DNA of 64,000 nt from an uncultured candidatus Porisulfidus sp. (lineage in GTDB: Bacteria > Pseudomonadota > Gammaproteobacteria > Poriferisulfidales > Poriferisulfidaceae): NCBI GenBank assembly GCA_965199755.1, contig CBDASZ010000001.1:1-64000 (forward strand). The letters are read 5' to 3'. The notes beneath the pieces are model-generated. The model saw nothing but the letters and a program-made list of their open reading frames with translations, did not search any database and was not told the origin of the DNA. Numbering within the stretch: position 1 is the stretch's first letter; each line of letters begins with the position of its first letter. A program made the position numbers and the translations under genes. Below, piece by piece: positions 27,276-36,811 of this stretch.

Positions 27276-28621
27276 CGCACGAAACCATTCTGATCGTTGA
27301 TGATGAACCCGATATTCGGGATCAACTCTCCGACATTCTCTCTGATCAGGGCTATCATGTACTGCAGGCCGGGGAGGCCGCGCAAGCCCGCGCGCTGGCG
27401 CGTCAGCACGTGCTGGATCTGGTGCTGCTGGATATCTGGATGCCGGGCGAGGACGGCATGAGTCTGCTCAAGTCCTGGTGCCGCGACGGTGAAGAGTTCC
27501 AGATTCTGATGATTTCCGGCCATGGCAATATTGAGACCGCGGTCGAGGCGACCAAACTCGGTGCCTGGGATTTTCTGGAAAAGCCCTTCTCCATTGACAA
27601 GATTCTGCTGAGCGTGGAGCGCGCGCTGGACTACCAACGTGTGCTGCAGCGCAACATCACCCTCAGCCGCAGCCACGCCGCCAGTGAGCAACTAATCGGC
27701 AGTTCCTCTCAGATGCAGCAGGTATCCGAACAGGCGCAACGGCTCGGCGGCGATGACGCGCCAGTGCTGCTGTGGGGCGAAATTGGCTGCGAATTTCAAG
27801 CGGTGGCCCAGCAAATTCACCTGCACAGCAACCGCAAGCAGCGCCTGCTAGTGGACGCCAGCGGTGCGAATATGGAGGAGCGTCTGCTGCACGATCAGGA
27901 TGAACGGCGACACTCCCTGTTGCTGGAGGCGCGCGACAGCACACTGTTTCTGAACCCGCTGACGCAACTGGAGCTGGACACCCAAAAGCGGCTGATGTCG
28001 ATTTTCATCAACGGCCACATGCTGCGCGATGACGACACCGTGATTCCGATCACGGCCCGGCTCATCGCCGCCATCCACCAGCGCCCTGAAGATGCCGAGC
28101 AGCATGGCCTGATCGAACCGAAAGTTGCCGGCTGGCTGGCCGCCAATACCTTGTCCATTCCGCCACTGCGCGAACGGCTGCAGGATCTGCCGGAACTGGT
28201 CGCGCACTATGTGGACTATTACTGCTCTCGGGAAGATCTGCCACGGCGGCAGTTCCCGGATACCATCATCGGTCTACTGCGCCAGTACCCGTGGCCGCGC
28301 AATGTGCAGGAACTTCGCGAACTGATCTACCAGTTGCTCAACGACAGCGAAGGCGATGACGTGAGCGAGGAAGAGGTCACCGCTGCCTTGCAGGCGAGCG
28401 CGTCCGGCGTCAATTGCAGTCCGAAGCACCTCCTCAACATTCTTGAGGCTCCTTACAATGAGGCGCGCAAGGAGTTTGAACAGATTTACTACCAGTTTCA
28501 TCTTCGCAACAGCGACGGGCGCGTGAAGGCGCTGACGCAAAGCACCGGCATGGAGCGCAGTTATCTGTACCGCAAGCTTCGCAGTCTGGGCCTGGAAATA
28601 AAGCAGCAACCCGCGGATTGA
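27272..28621 (+). CDS. NtrX-like response regulator (REC, degenerate AAA+, Fis-type HTH)
   Basis: IVDDE, LDIWMPG.DG, SGHG.IETAV, FLEKP, PPLRER, WPRNV.EL, GMERSYLYRKL. Confidence 0.88.
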   Translation: MTHETILIVDDEPDIRDQLSDILSDQGYHVLQAGEAAQARALARQHVLDLVLLDIWMPGEDGMSLLKSWCRDGEEFQILMISGHGNIETAVEATKLGAWDFLEKPFSIDKILLSVERALDYQRVLQRNITLSRSHAASEQLIGSSSQMQQVSEQAQRLGGDDAPVLLWGEIGCEFQAVAQQIHLHSNRKQRLLVDASGANMEERLLHDQDERRHSLLLEARDSTLFLNPLTQLELDTQKRLMSIFINGHMLRDDDTVIPITARLIAAIHQRPEDAEQHGLIEPKVAGWLAANTLSIPPLRERLQDLPELVAHYVDYYCSREDLPRRQFPDTIIGLLRQYPWPRNVQELRELIYQLLNDSEGDDVSEEEVTAALQASASGVNCSPKHLLNILEAPYNEARKEFEQIYYQFHLRNSDGRVKALTQSTGMERSYLYRKLRSLGLEIKQQPAD

Positions 28622-28637
28622 GGCGCAGCCACTTCCT

Positions 28638-30002
28638 ATGCAAATTATCATTCTTGGTGCCGGACAAATCGGAAGCGCACTGGCTTTGGGTCTGGCGCGT
28701 GAAAACCATGACATCACGCTGATCGATCTCAAAGAGCAGCGGCTGAAGAACGTTGAGCAGCATGAGGATCTTCGCACCCTCAGTGGCAACGGCGCGCATC
28801 CGGTCATGCTGGAGAGCGCTGGCATTGAAGACGCCGACATGCTGGTCGCCCTGACCGAAAGCGACGAAGTCAACATGGTCGCCTGCCGCATTGCCGGCGA
28901 ACGCTACAACACCACGCGCTGCATCGCGCGCGTGCGCTCCTCGGAATACCTCAAAAAAGAAGACCTCGACATGACTGAACTCATGTCGATCGACCTGCTG
29001 ATCAGCCCTGAAATGATCGCGGCGAGACACGTGGAGCGGCTGGTGCGCCGCCCCGGTGCCCTGCATTCGGTCGAGTTCTTCGACGGTCGAGCCGAACTGG
29101 TCGCGGTGCGCATCCAGCCTGGCGCGCCGGCGGCCGGACGCACACTGGGCAATCTTTATGCCGAACTTTCTGATACGCAAATGTATGTCGCCGCGGTGTA
29201 CCGCGATGAGCAACTAATGCATCTCGATGAGGAAATCCGCCTGCGCGCGCACGATGAAATGTTTGTGCTGGCACCAAAAGAACAGATTGAAAGCATCGTG
29301 CATCAAACGCGCACCCATCTACATCCGATTCGACATATTCTGATCGCCGGCGGCGGCAACGTCGGGTTCAGCGTCGCTTCACAACTGGAGCACACGCATC
29401 ACATCAAATTGATCGAGCACGATGAGCAGCGCGCGCGCTATCTGTCGACGCATCTGGAAAAGACCTTGGTCATTCAGGGCAATGCCTACGACGAACGTCT
29501 GATGCTGAACGAAAACATCCGCGAAATGGACATCTTCTGCGCGCTGACCAACAATGAAGAAGCGAATGTGCTGGCCGCCATGGAGGCGCGCCGCCTTGGC
29601 GCGGACACCACACTGGCTCTGGTTAATCGACCCAGTTATATTGCCTTGGTGACCCGTTCCATTGATATCGCGATCTCGCGCCAGCAGGATACCCTGAGCG
29701 AGTTACTTGCGTATATCCGCCGCGGCGAAGTGCTGGCGGCCCACTCCCTGCATCGCGGCAGCGCCGAAGCGCTCGAAGTCCGGGCCAAGGACACCTCCCC
29801 GATCACGGAGAAACCCTGCGGCAAGTTGAAGTTCCCGGAAGGAGTGGACATCGCCGCGCTGCTACACGAAGACGAACTGGTGTTCCCGAATCCTGCCACG
29901 CGCGTGCAGCCGGGAGACCGCGTCATCATGTTTGTGTCGAACAAACGCCGGATGCGTGAACTGGAGAAACTGTTCCAGGTCAGCGCCACTTTTCTGGGAT
30001 AA
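28638..30002 (+). CDS. trkA: Trk potassium uptake NAD-binding subunit
   Basis: Two RCK domains (GAGQIG, GGGNVG), ISPE, C-terminal EKLFQV. Confidence 0.95.
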   Translation: MQIIILGAGQIGSALALGLARENHDITLIDLKEQRLKNVEQHEDLRTLSGNGAHPVMLESAGIEDADMLVALTESDEVNMVACRIAGERYNTTRCIARVRSSEYLKKEDLDMTELMSIDLLISPEMIAARHVERLVRRPGALHSVEFFDGRAELVAVRIQPGAPAAGRTLGNLYAELSDTQMYVAAVYRDEQLMHLDEEIRLRAHDEMFVLAPKEQIESIVHQTRTHLHPIRHILIAGGGNVGFSVASQLEHTHHIKLIEHDEQRARYLSTHLEKTLVIQGNAYDERLMLNENIREMDIFCALTNNEEANVLAAMEARRLGADTTLALVNRPSYIALVTRSIDIAISRQQDTLSELLAYIRRGEVLAAHSLHRGSAEALEVRAKDTSPITEKPCGKLKFPEGVDIAALLHEDELVFPNPATRVQPGDRVIMFVSNKRRMRELEKLFQVSATFLG

Positions 30003-30008
30003 GCCGTC

Positions 30009-31553
30009 ATGCCGATTCAGTTCCGGGTTGTCCAGCGCCTGCTCGGCTACCTGCTGACGGCGTTCAGCCTAACTATGCTGCCTGCCCTGAGCGTCAGTCT
30101 GGCGCTCGACGACGGCGAAGCATTCGCGTTTCTGTACGCCTTCTTTCTGCTGTTTCTGATGGGCACCGCGCTGTGGGCGCACGCCGCGCACCGCGCACCG
30201 CGCACCCAAGCCTTGCGCTTGCGCGACGGCTTCATTGTGGTGGCGCTGTTCTGGCTGGGACTGGGTATGGCCGGCTCCATTCCCCTGTATGTCTCACCCA
30301 CCCTCAATCTCAGCGGCTCCGATGCGATCTTCGAGGCGGTCTCCGGGCTGACCACCACCGGAGCGACCGTACTCACCGGCCTCGATGCACTGCCACCTTC
30401 CCTGCTGTTCTATCGGCAATTCCTGCAGTGGGTCGGCGGCCTCGGCATCATCGTGCTCGCCGTCGCCATCCTGCCGCTGGTCGGCGGCGGCATGCAACTG
30501 TATTACGCTGAAGCGCCGCACGGGTTGGCCGAACGCCGCCTGACACCGCGCATCACGCAAACGGCCAAGGCATTGTGGTACCTGTATTTGACGCTGACGG
30601 TGGCCTGCGGTCTGGCCTTCTGGGGCGCGGGCATGAGCTGGCTAGACGCGGCCGGGCATGCGTTTTCCACCATTGCTATTGGTGGATTCTCAACGCATGA
30701 TGCGAACCTGGGCTACTTCGACAGCACGCTGATCGAGGCGATCGCCATCGTGTTCATGCTGCTCGCCGGTGCCAGTTTCGGACTACATTATCTGGCGATC
30801 AGCCAGTTTTCAGCACATTTCCGCCGCGAAGAAGACGGTGCCTATCACCTGAGGCTCAACAACCGAACGTTGAGCACCTGCGTCAAGCGCAGTTTCGGTG
30901 CTTATCTGAAAGACGGAGAGTTTCGTGGCTATATTGCAATCCTGATTATCATCGCCGTCATCTGCATCGGCTACCTGTGGCTGGTTGACTTTCACGATAA
31001 TCCCTCAGACACCCTGCGGCACGGCCTGTTTCATGTGGTCTCTATCGCGACCACCACCGGCTACACCACTACCGGTTACGCCCTCTGGCCCGCGTTCGCC
31101 TCCACGCTCCTGCTGACTACCTGCTTTGTCGGCGGCTGCGCCGGCTCCACCGGGGGCGGCATGAAAGTGGTTCGGTTCCTGCTCTTGATTCGCCACGGAC
31201 GACGCGAATTGCTGCGCATCATTCACCCGACCGCACAGTTGGCCGTGCGCCTGGGCAACCGCACCATTTCTCCCGCAGCGCTGCAGGCGGTGTGGGGATT
31301 CTTCGCCATGTACATCGCGGCATTCGTCATCCTGATGCTACTGATGATGATGACCGGCGTGGATCACCTGACCGCATTTTCAGCGGTTGCAGCCACGCTG
31401 AACAATCTGGGTCCGGGGCTTGGCGATGTGGCGGATAACTATGCGTCCGTCACCGATGCGGGCAAGGCGATTTTGTGCCTGAGCATGCTGCTCGGACGAC
31501 TCGAAGTCTTCACTCTTTTGATCATTATGACGCCAGCATTCTGGCGGCGCTGA
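30009..31553 (+). CDS. trkH: Trk potassium uptake membrane subunit
   Basis: FEAVSGLTTTGAT, GGLGIIV, IGGFS, TTTGY, GGCAGSTGGG.K, NNLGPG, GRLE. Confidence 0.95.
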   Translation: MPIQFRVVQRLLGYLLTAFSLTMLPALSVSLALDDGEAFAFLYAFFLLFLMGTALWAHAAHRAPRTQALRLRDGFIVVALFWLGLGMAGSIPLYVSPTLNLSGSDAIFEAVSGLTTTGATVLTGLDALPPSLLFYRQFLQWVGGLGIIVLAVAILPLVGGGMQLYYAEAPHGLAERRLTPRITQTAKALWYLYLTLTVACGLAFWGAGMSWLDAAGHAFSTIAIGGFSTHDANLGYFDSTLIEAIAIVFMLLAGASFGLHYLAISQFSAHFRREEDGAYHLRLNNRTLSTCVKRSFGAYLKDGEFRGYIAILIIIAVICIGYLWLVDFHDNPSDTLRHGLFHVVSIATTTGYTTTGYALWPAFASTLLLTTCFVGGCAGSTGGGMKVVRFLLLIRHGRRELLRIIHPTAQLAVRLGNRTISPAALQAVWGFFAMYIAAFVILMLLMMMTGVDHLTAFSAVAATLNNLGPGLGDVADNYASVTDAGKAILCLSMLLGRLEVFTLLIIMTPAFWRR

Positions 31554-31556
31554 TCG

Positions 31557-32367
31557 TCAGTCCAGAACAGCACTCAGGTCCTCACACAGAGGATCTTCAA
31601 TTACACATTTCCCTGTCAGATAACAGCACAGGGCTGCAGGATAGCAACGCAACGCTTGATTACCTTCCATAGATACCTGTTCAAACTTTGTGCGAGTAGT
31701 GCAGAACGCCTCCATCTTTAGATGCTTGGCATAAAGGTCTTCAAGGCATGTTGTTCCTTGCGGGATGAGAGAATCTTGTCCGACCATTTCACTTCCACGC
31801 ACCATTGGGGTTTTTGAGTAGGAGCAAGACGCACCAGATCCACCTCACCTCCCTGCCAACGCGCATAGTGAAACTTCAGACCACTATGAAACCACTGCGC
31901 GAAAATGGCCGTTTCAACCAGCGCGCCGATCTTTTCGGGATTTTCAGACACAGTACCGAACAACGCCGCATACAGCGATGGGTTGGTGACATACACCTTG
32001 AACCTGTGGACCCGCTTGAAATGGCGGGCGTTCTCATCAATACGATGCATCACCGCGATCAAAAACGAGGCCTCAAGGAACTCCAGATACCGTTTTACTG
32101 TCTCTTTGCTGACCCCTGATTCCTGGGACAAGTCCTGCAGGGAAACCTCCTGTCCTGTATTGAAGGCCATGATGAGGAAGAACCTCCACAATTCCTGTGT
32201 GTCCTGAATCCCGTACAGACTCGGCATATCGCGTACAAGCACTTTGTCCAGAACGTCGCGCGCCACAAAACACGCATCTCGTGTTCCGCAACCCCGCCAG
32301 AAAACAACTCCGGCGCTTTTTTCAACACATTCAATATTTCCGGGAACCCTCCCTGATTCAGGTACAT
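31557..32367 (-). pseudogene. AAA_14/DUF4143-type ATP-binding protein, 5'-truncated and frameshifted
   Basis: YLNQGGFPE, then DKVL.RD.P..YGI.D...YLE.SFL...K.Y..NP...GALVET...EVD...EVKW, then a C-terminal tail, split over three ORFs; no Walker A region. Confidence 0.75.
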
Positions 32368-32374
32368 TTTTAGA

Positions 32375-32477
32375 AATAAGAAGAGAGCGCTATTCTTATT
32401 TATTTTTATTTCAATTCACAATAGTTGTCAACCACTTATTTTTATGAAATTAATAAGAAAGGTGTGCCTTCCTTATT
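32375..32477. promoter_or_regulatory. Two AATAAG-N14-CTTATT palindromes flanking an IHF-like site
   Basis: Palindromes at 32375-32400 and 32452-32477; TGTCAACCACTTA at 32426-32438 is one mismatch from WATCAANNNNTTR. Confidence 0.4.
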
Positions 32478-32634
32478 TTGCTATTTTTAGTCCCCTCTTC
32501 GATAATTTATTGGCGCGCAGTAAAGATCGCTCTGCACGTCTCCGGGAAAACTCTAAATGCTGCGTATTTCTATCAACCCTGAACTCTTCCGGCTTATATA
32601 ATTTAGGCACCTTACTCACCTGCCACTGACACGC

Positions 32635-33055
32635 ATGAAAGCCTCGCTCACAACATTCATCGTGGCACTCTGCCTGCTTCCCTCTGCGGCCTTCGCCCAA
32701 AACATTCAGCCGGCCTTGATATACGGCGAAGGCACTTTAGATTGTGTCAAGATGGACCGGTCATTCAACCAACTCGCTTATGAAGGTGCCATGCGGTTTG
32801 CAAGCGAGGCTGGCATTAATTTCGCCGAGTATGCGGTTCCTGATCCATCAGTACGCGAAACCGTCATCCGCGGGGCCGCTCAAAATGCCACCATTGTCAT
32901 CACCCTCGGCTTCTCACATGCCGAAGCCATAAGTACCATCGCCCAGGAATTCCCGGACGTTCAGTTTGTGCTGGTAGATGCCGTGGTGGCCTTGCCCAAT
33001 GTCCGCTCAATCCTGTTCGATGAGCCTGAGGGCTCCTTTCTGGTCGGCATGGCGT
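32635..33055 (+). pseudogene. BMP-family ABC transporter substrate-binding protein, 3'-truncated
   Basis: Signal peptide, DRSFNQ.AY.G, GFS, DAVV.LPNV.S..F.E.EGSFLVG; similarity ends at about residue 140 of an expected ~330. Confidence 0.75.
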
Positions 33056-33710
33056 CTGGAATGGCGACACCTACAATTTCCGGCTGGGCGTGGACTGGTC
33101 AGCCGCAGACTTTCTGGCGGGAGGGGCCATTGGTTTCGGAGAAGGCGAAGTCACGCACGAAGACCATGATGGCCTCGGCGATCTGAAGAGTAGTCTGGGC
33201 ATGAGTTTGATCTCGTTCGGCGTCAGTCGCGCCATCACGACCTGGGGAAATGCGGAAATCCACCTGAAGGGCGACGCGCTGGCAGCGCGCATGGATCTGG
33301 ATAATCCGGAAAACATCCCCGGCATGCCGGATCGGGTCGATACCAGCTGCTTTCGGCTGGAACTGGAAGGCCGCTGGGAGGAAACGCTGGATTCCGTTGC
33401 CACCATGGAGCGCAACATCACGCTCAGCGCTCGCAAAGACGGCGGCGATGTCGATGTGGGTACCGGCATGGAACTGGACGGGCAGCTGAATTACATCGAC
33501 GCGGCGCGCGGCATGGAAGCGAGCGTGCAGGCGCGGACCTTATTCGGTGAGAACAGTTACCACGAGTGGGGCTTGGGCGGCATGCTCCGTTTCGCGCCGC
33601 AAGGGACTTCCTCCGGTTTATCCGTCACACTAAATCTGGACTGGGGCACCTCCAGGAACGACTTTGGTCTCTTTCTGCAACTCCAGTATCGACCCTCGCT
33701 ACTACCCTAA
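33056..33710 (+). pseudogene. Fragment of an autotransporter-like beta-barrel domain
   Basis: WNGDTYNFRLGVDW...LKGDA...RLELEG...RKDGGDVDVGTGMEL...ARTL...EWG...GLSVTLNLDWG amphipathic beta strands; no start or passenger domain. Confidence 0.6.
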
Positions 33711-33719
33711 GCACTAACG

Positions 33720-33734
33720 GCCCCCTGCGGGGGC
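33720..33734 (+). terminator. GC hairpin, possible terminator
   Basis: GCCCCC-TGC-GGGGGC followed by ATTCATTT (poor U-tract). Confidence 0.3.
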
Positions 33735-33757
33735 ATTCATTTAGTCTCTGTTCCCTG

Positions 33758-34324
33758 ATGCCTCGCCTGTCCCAACACTGGAACCAACGTGAAGCGCCAC
33801 GTACCGCGAGTCAGACTGCGAGCGCGCTGTCCGTCAACATCTGGCGTCTGGCCAGTGACGGCCTGCTGAAACTGGAAAACGAGGGCTTTGAGACCGAGAC
33901 CTGGTCGCAGCGCCTCGACGTTATCGGGCATTTCTCCATCTTCGCCGCGCATCTGGTCGACCGCACCGCGCAACAGCACCTCGACGGTGACGCGCGACAG
34001 AAACTGCTCACCGCGCTGATCCAGCATCTGGCCACACTAATGCAGGACAACCGCCTGCAGGCGGATGGCGAAGGCGCGCATGACGCCGCCTTCATCGCGC
34101 AGTTCAATAGCTGGTCAGAACGCTACGCGCCGTGCGACTGGTCGGAGCAGGAAGGTCCGGGATTCAGTTTGTGCCGCGAACTCGGCGATGCCGTCGCCGC
34201 GTGCATGGGCGCGCACGACAATGCGTGGATCGCCACGTATGTCATTGATCGGGAAGCACCGAGACTGGCCAAAGCCTTGGCGTGCAGTCTGCGCAATTTG
34301 ATGCCGGCGCGCAAGCCCGGCTGA
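33758..34324 (+). CDS. Conserved hypothetical protein
   Basis: 188-aa helical ORF (IWRLA...LENEGF.T....QRLDV...HLVDR...GP.F...R.LG...WI...V.D.EAP). It resembles, from recall, a family seen in thiotrophic Proteobacteria. Start moved to ATG 33758. Confidence 0.7.
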   Translation: MPRLSQHWNQREAPRTASQTASALSVNIWRLASDGLLKLENEGFETETWSQRLDVIGHFSIFAAHLVDRTAQQHLDGDARQKLLTALIQHLATLMQDNRLQADGEGAHDAAFIAQFNSWSERYAPCDWSEQEGPGFSLCRELGDAVAACMGAHDNAWIATYVIDREAPRLAKALACSLRNLMPARKPG

Positions 34325-34327
34325 GAT

Positions 34328-34528
34328 TCAGGACGCGGCCTTCCAGTTCTCGAAGTTGCCGACTTCCTTTTCCTGCCCGTCCTCGTAACCCGCAGTATAG
34401 GCGTCCGTGACACGCTGCTCTTCACGCTCCGGGTGTCCAAGATAGCCGCCTTGCCAGCCCAGAATGTACTCCGGGTCCACACCCATCTCTTCCATGCGTG
34501 AGGTAGCGTCGCGATAGGTTTGATCCAT
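34328..34528 (-). CDS. Alvin_2107-family small protein (sulfur globule oxidation associated)
   Basis: 66 aa ME.MGVDPEYI.GWQGGYL..P.REEQRV..AY.AGY.DG, recognised from recall. Confidence 0.75.
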   Translation of the reverse strand: MDQTYRDATSRMEEMGVDPEYILGWQGGYLGHPEREEQRVTDAYTAGYEDGQEKEVGNFENWKAAS

Positions 34529-34605
34529 GAAGTGCTCTTCTATGCTTGATTTGAATTGCGCATTTTATAGCACAGCGAAAACTGCCCTGGCTAAAATACA
34601 CCGCC

Positions 34606-34920
34606 ATGTCCTCCCGTATTGGCCTGTGGGTCTATTCCGCACTGTTCGCCATCGGTGCCCTGCTGGTACTGATCTATCTCGCCCTGTTCGACAATCCACC
34701 TTATCCGCCGGTGCTCCCGGTTGCCTACTGGTTCTCCCTGCTGTGCTATATCGGAGTCCTCTGGTTGTTGCGCGCGCTGGCTCGCGGGGAACGTAATCGC
34801 AGACAGATCCCGCTTGCGATCGGCATCACCGCCATCATCACGCTGAGTCTGCATCTGGCCGGCCACGTCGGCGAGCAACAGCGTCAGGCGGAACTGCAGC
34901 AACGCCATCTCACCGACTAG
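34606..34920 (+). CDS. Hypothetical three-TM membrane protein
   Basis: Three hydrophobic segments; fills the gap and ends 4 nt before cysS. Confidence 0.65.
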   Translation: MSSRIGLWVYSALFAIGALLVLIYLALFDNPPYPPVLPVAYWFSLLCYIGVLWLLRALARGERNRRQIPLAIGITAIITLSLHLAGHVGEQQRQAELQQRHLTD

Positions 34921-34924
34921 TCTG

Positions 34925-36298
34925 ATGCTTCACTTGCACGACACGCTGGCGCAGGAAAAGCGCCTTTTCGAGCCGCTTGATTCGCAGCAGGTGACCCTGT
35001 ATGTGTGCGGCCCCACCGTCTACGATCACATCCATATCGGCAATGCCCGACCACTGATCGTCTTCGACGTGCTCGCGCGCGTGCTGCGCGCGCACTACCC
35101 AAAGGTGCGCTATGCCCGCAATCTGACTGACATTGACGACAAGATTCTGGACCGCGCGGCCGAGCAGGGCTGCAGTTTTGACGAACTGACCGAGCGCTAC
35201 ATTCAAGCGTTTCACGAGGTCTGCGCGGCGCTGGGAGGACTGGAGGTTGACATTGAGCCGCGCGCCACCGAGACCATCCCGGGGATGCTACGAATGATCC
35301 AGACTCTGCTGGATTCCGGCCACGCATATGAGGCCGAGGGACATGTGCTGTTCGCGGTCGGCTCTTGCGACGATTATGGCGCGCTGTCGCATCGTCGTCT
35401 GGAAGACATGCGCGCCGGTGCGCGCGTGGATGTCGCCGACTACAAACGCGACCCCGGCGACTTTGTGCTGTGGAAGCCTTCCAGTTCGGAGCAGCCCGGC
35501 TGGGACAGTCCCTACGGACGCGGTCGCCCCGGCTGGCATCTGGAATGCTCCTGCATGATCGACGAACATCTCGGCGGCACCATCGACATTCACGGCGGCG
35601 GCCAGGATCTGATCTTTCCGCACCACGAAAATGAACGCGCGCAAAGTCTCTGCGCGCATCCGGGCGAGGAGTTCGTGCGCCACTGGATGCACAACGGCTA
35701 CGTCACCGTCGACGGCGAGAAGATGGCCAAGTCCGTCGGCAACGTCCGACAGGTGCGCGACCTGCTGCGCGAACATCCGGGCGAGGTGCTGCGCTTCGCG
35801 TTGCTGAGCGCGCATTACCGCAAACCCCTGAACTGGACCGACGCCTTGCTGAAGCAGGCGCGCCAGAGTCTGGACCGGCTGTATCGGGCTTGGCAGGAGG
35901 CCGAAGCGCCGCAAGCGGAGGGAGCCGCGCCCGATGGCGCGCTGATGGCGGCACTGGACGATGATCTCAACACCCCGCTGGCGCTGCAGTGCCTGCAACA
36001 TGAAGCCAACGTCTTGCAGCATCTGGAGGGTACCGCGCGCGAGGAGGCCGCGCGGCGACTGCACGCCGGCGCTGATCTGCTAGGCTTGATGCGTCAGGAG
36101 GCATCCGCGTGGTTTCACACCAGCAATACTGACGATGCGCTGGATGATGCGAGCATTGAGGAGCAGCTGCGCGAGCGAACCGAGGCGCGCACGCGCGGTG
36201 ATTACGCCGAAGCCGATCGCATTCGCGACCAGTTGCTGGAAGCTGGCGTGGTGGTCGAAGACCTGGCCGACGGCAGTCACTGGCGCCGCATCAGGTAG
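34925..36298 (+). CDS. cysS: Cysteine--tRNA ligase
   Basis: YVCGPTVY..HIGN, DFVLWK, GRPGWHLEC, DIHGGG.DL.FPHHENE, KMAKS. Confidence 0.97.
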   Translation: MLHLHDTLAQEKRLFEPLDSQQVTLYVCGPTVYDHIHIGNARPLIVFDVLARVLRAHYPKVRYARNLTDIDDKILDRAAEQGCSFDELTERYIQAFHEVCAALGGLEVDIEPRATETIPGMLRMIQTLLDSGHAYEAEGHVLFAVGSCDDYGALSHRRLEDMRAGARVDVADYKRDPGDFVLWKPSSSEQPGWDSPYGRGRPGWHLECSCMIDEHLGGTIDIHGGGQDLIFPHHENERAQSLCAHPGEEFVRHWMHNGYVTVDGEKMAKSVGNVRQVRDLLREHPGEVLRFALLSAHYRKPLNWTDALLKQARQSLDRLYRAWQEAEAPQAEGAAPDGALMAALDDDLNTPLALQCLQHEANVLQHLEGTAREEAARRLHAGADLLGLMRQEASAWFHTSNTDDALDDASIEEQLRERTEARTRGDYAEADRIRDQLLEAGVVVEDLADGSHWRRIR

Positions 36299-36331
36299 AC
36301 TGAACCCTGGTTATCGACCCCCTTGTAGCTT

Positions 36332-36802
36332 ATGTCTTCATTATTTGCCACCCGCGTCAGTGTCGAACAGGTCGAGGAAGGCGACCAGTTGGCACCAAAA
36401 TTCGACGAACATGGCCTGATCCCAGTCGTCACGACCGACTATGAGACCGGCGAATTGCTGATGCACGCCTACCAAAACGCAGAAGCTCTGGAGAACACCA
36501 TCCGCAGCGGTGAGGCCTGGTACTACAGCCGCAGCCGCGATTGCCTGTGGCACAAGGGCGCAACCAGCGGTCTGGTGCAGAAAGTGCGTGAACTGCGCAT
36601 TGATGATGATCAGGACACCGTTTGGCTGCGGGTGACCGTGGCACAGTCCGGTGCCAGCTGCCATGTCGGCTACCGCTCATGCTTTTACCGCCGCGTGCCG
36701 TTTGGCGAGGCGGCCGGCGGCTCGTTGGAATGTCTGGAGCGCGAAAAGACCTTTGATCCCAAGGAAGTCTACGGGGACGCGGAGAACCCCACGCAACTGT
36801 AA
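36332..36802 (+). CDS. hisI: Phosphoribosyl-AMP cyclohydrolase
   Basis: [38 protein letters not shown]. Confidence 0.93.
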   Translation: MSSLFATRVSVEQVEEGDQLAPKFDEHGLIPVVTTDYETGELLMHAYQNAEALENTIRSGEAWYYSRSRDCLWHKGATSGLVQKVRELRIDDDQDTVWLRVTVAQSGASCHVGYRSCFYRRVPFGEAAGGSLECLEREKTFDPKEVYGDAENPTQL

Positions 36803-36811
36803 CTGAACACC

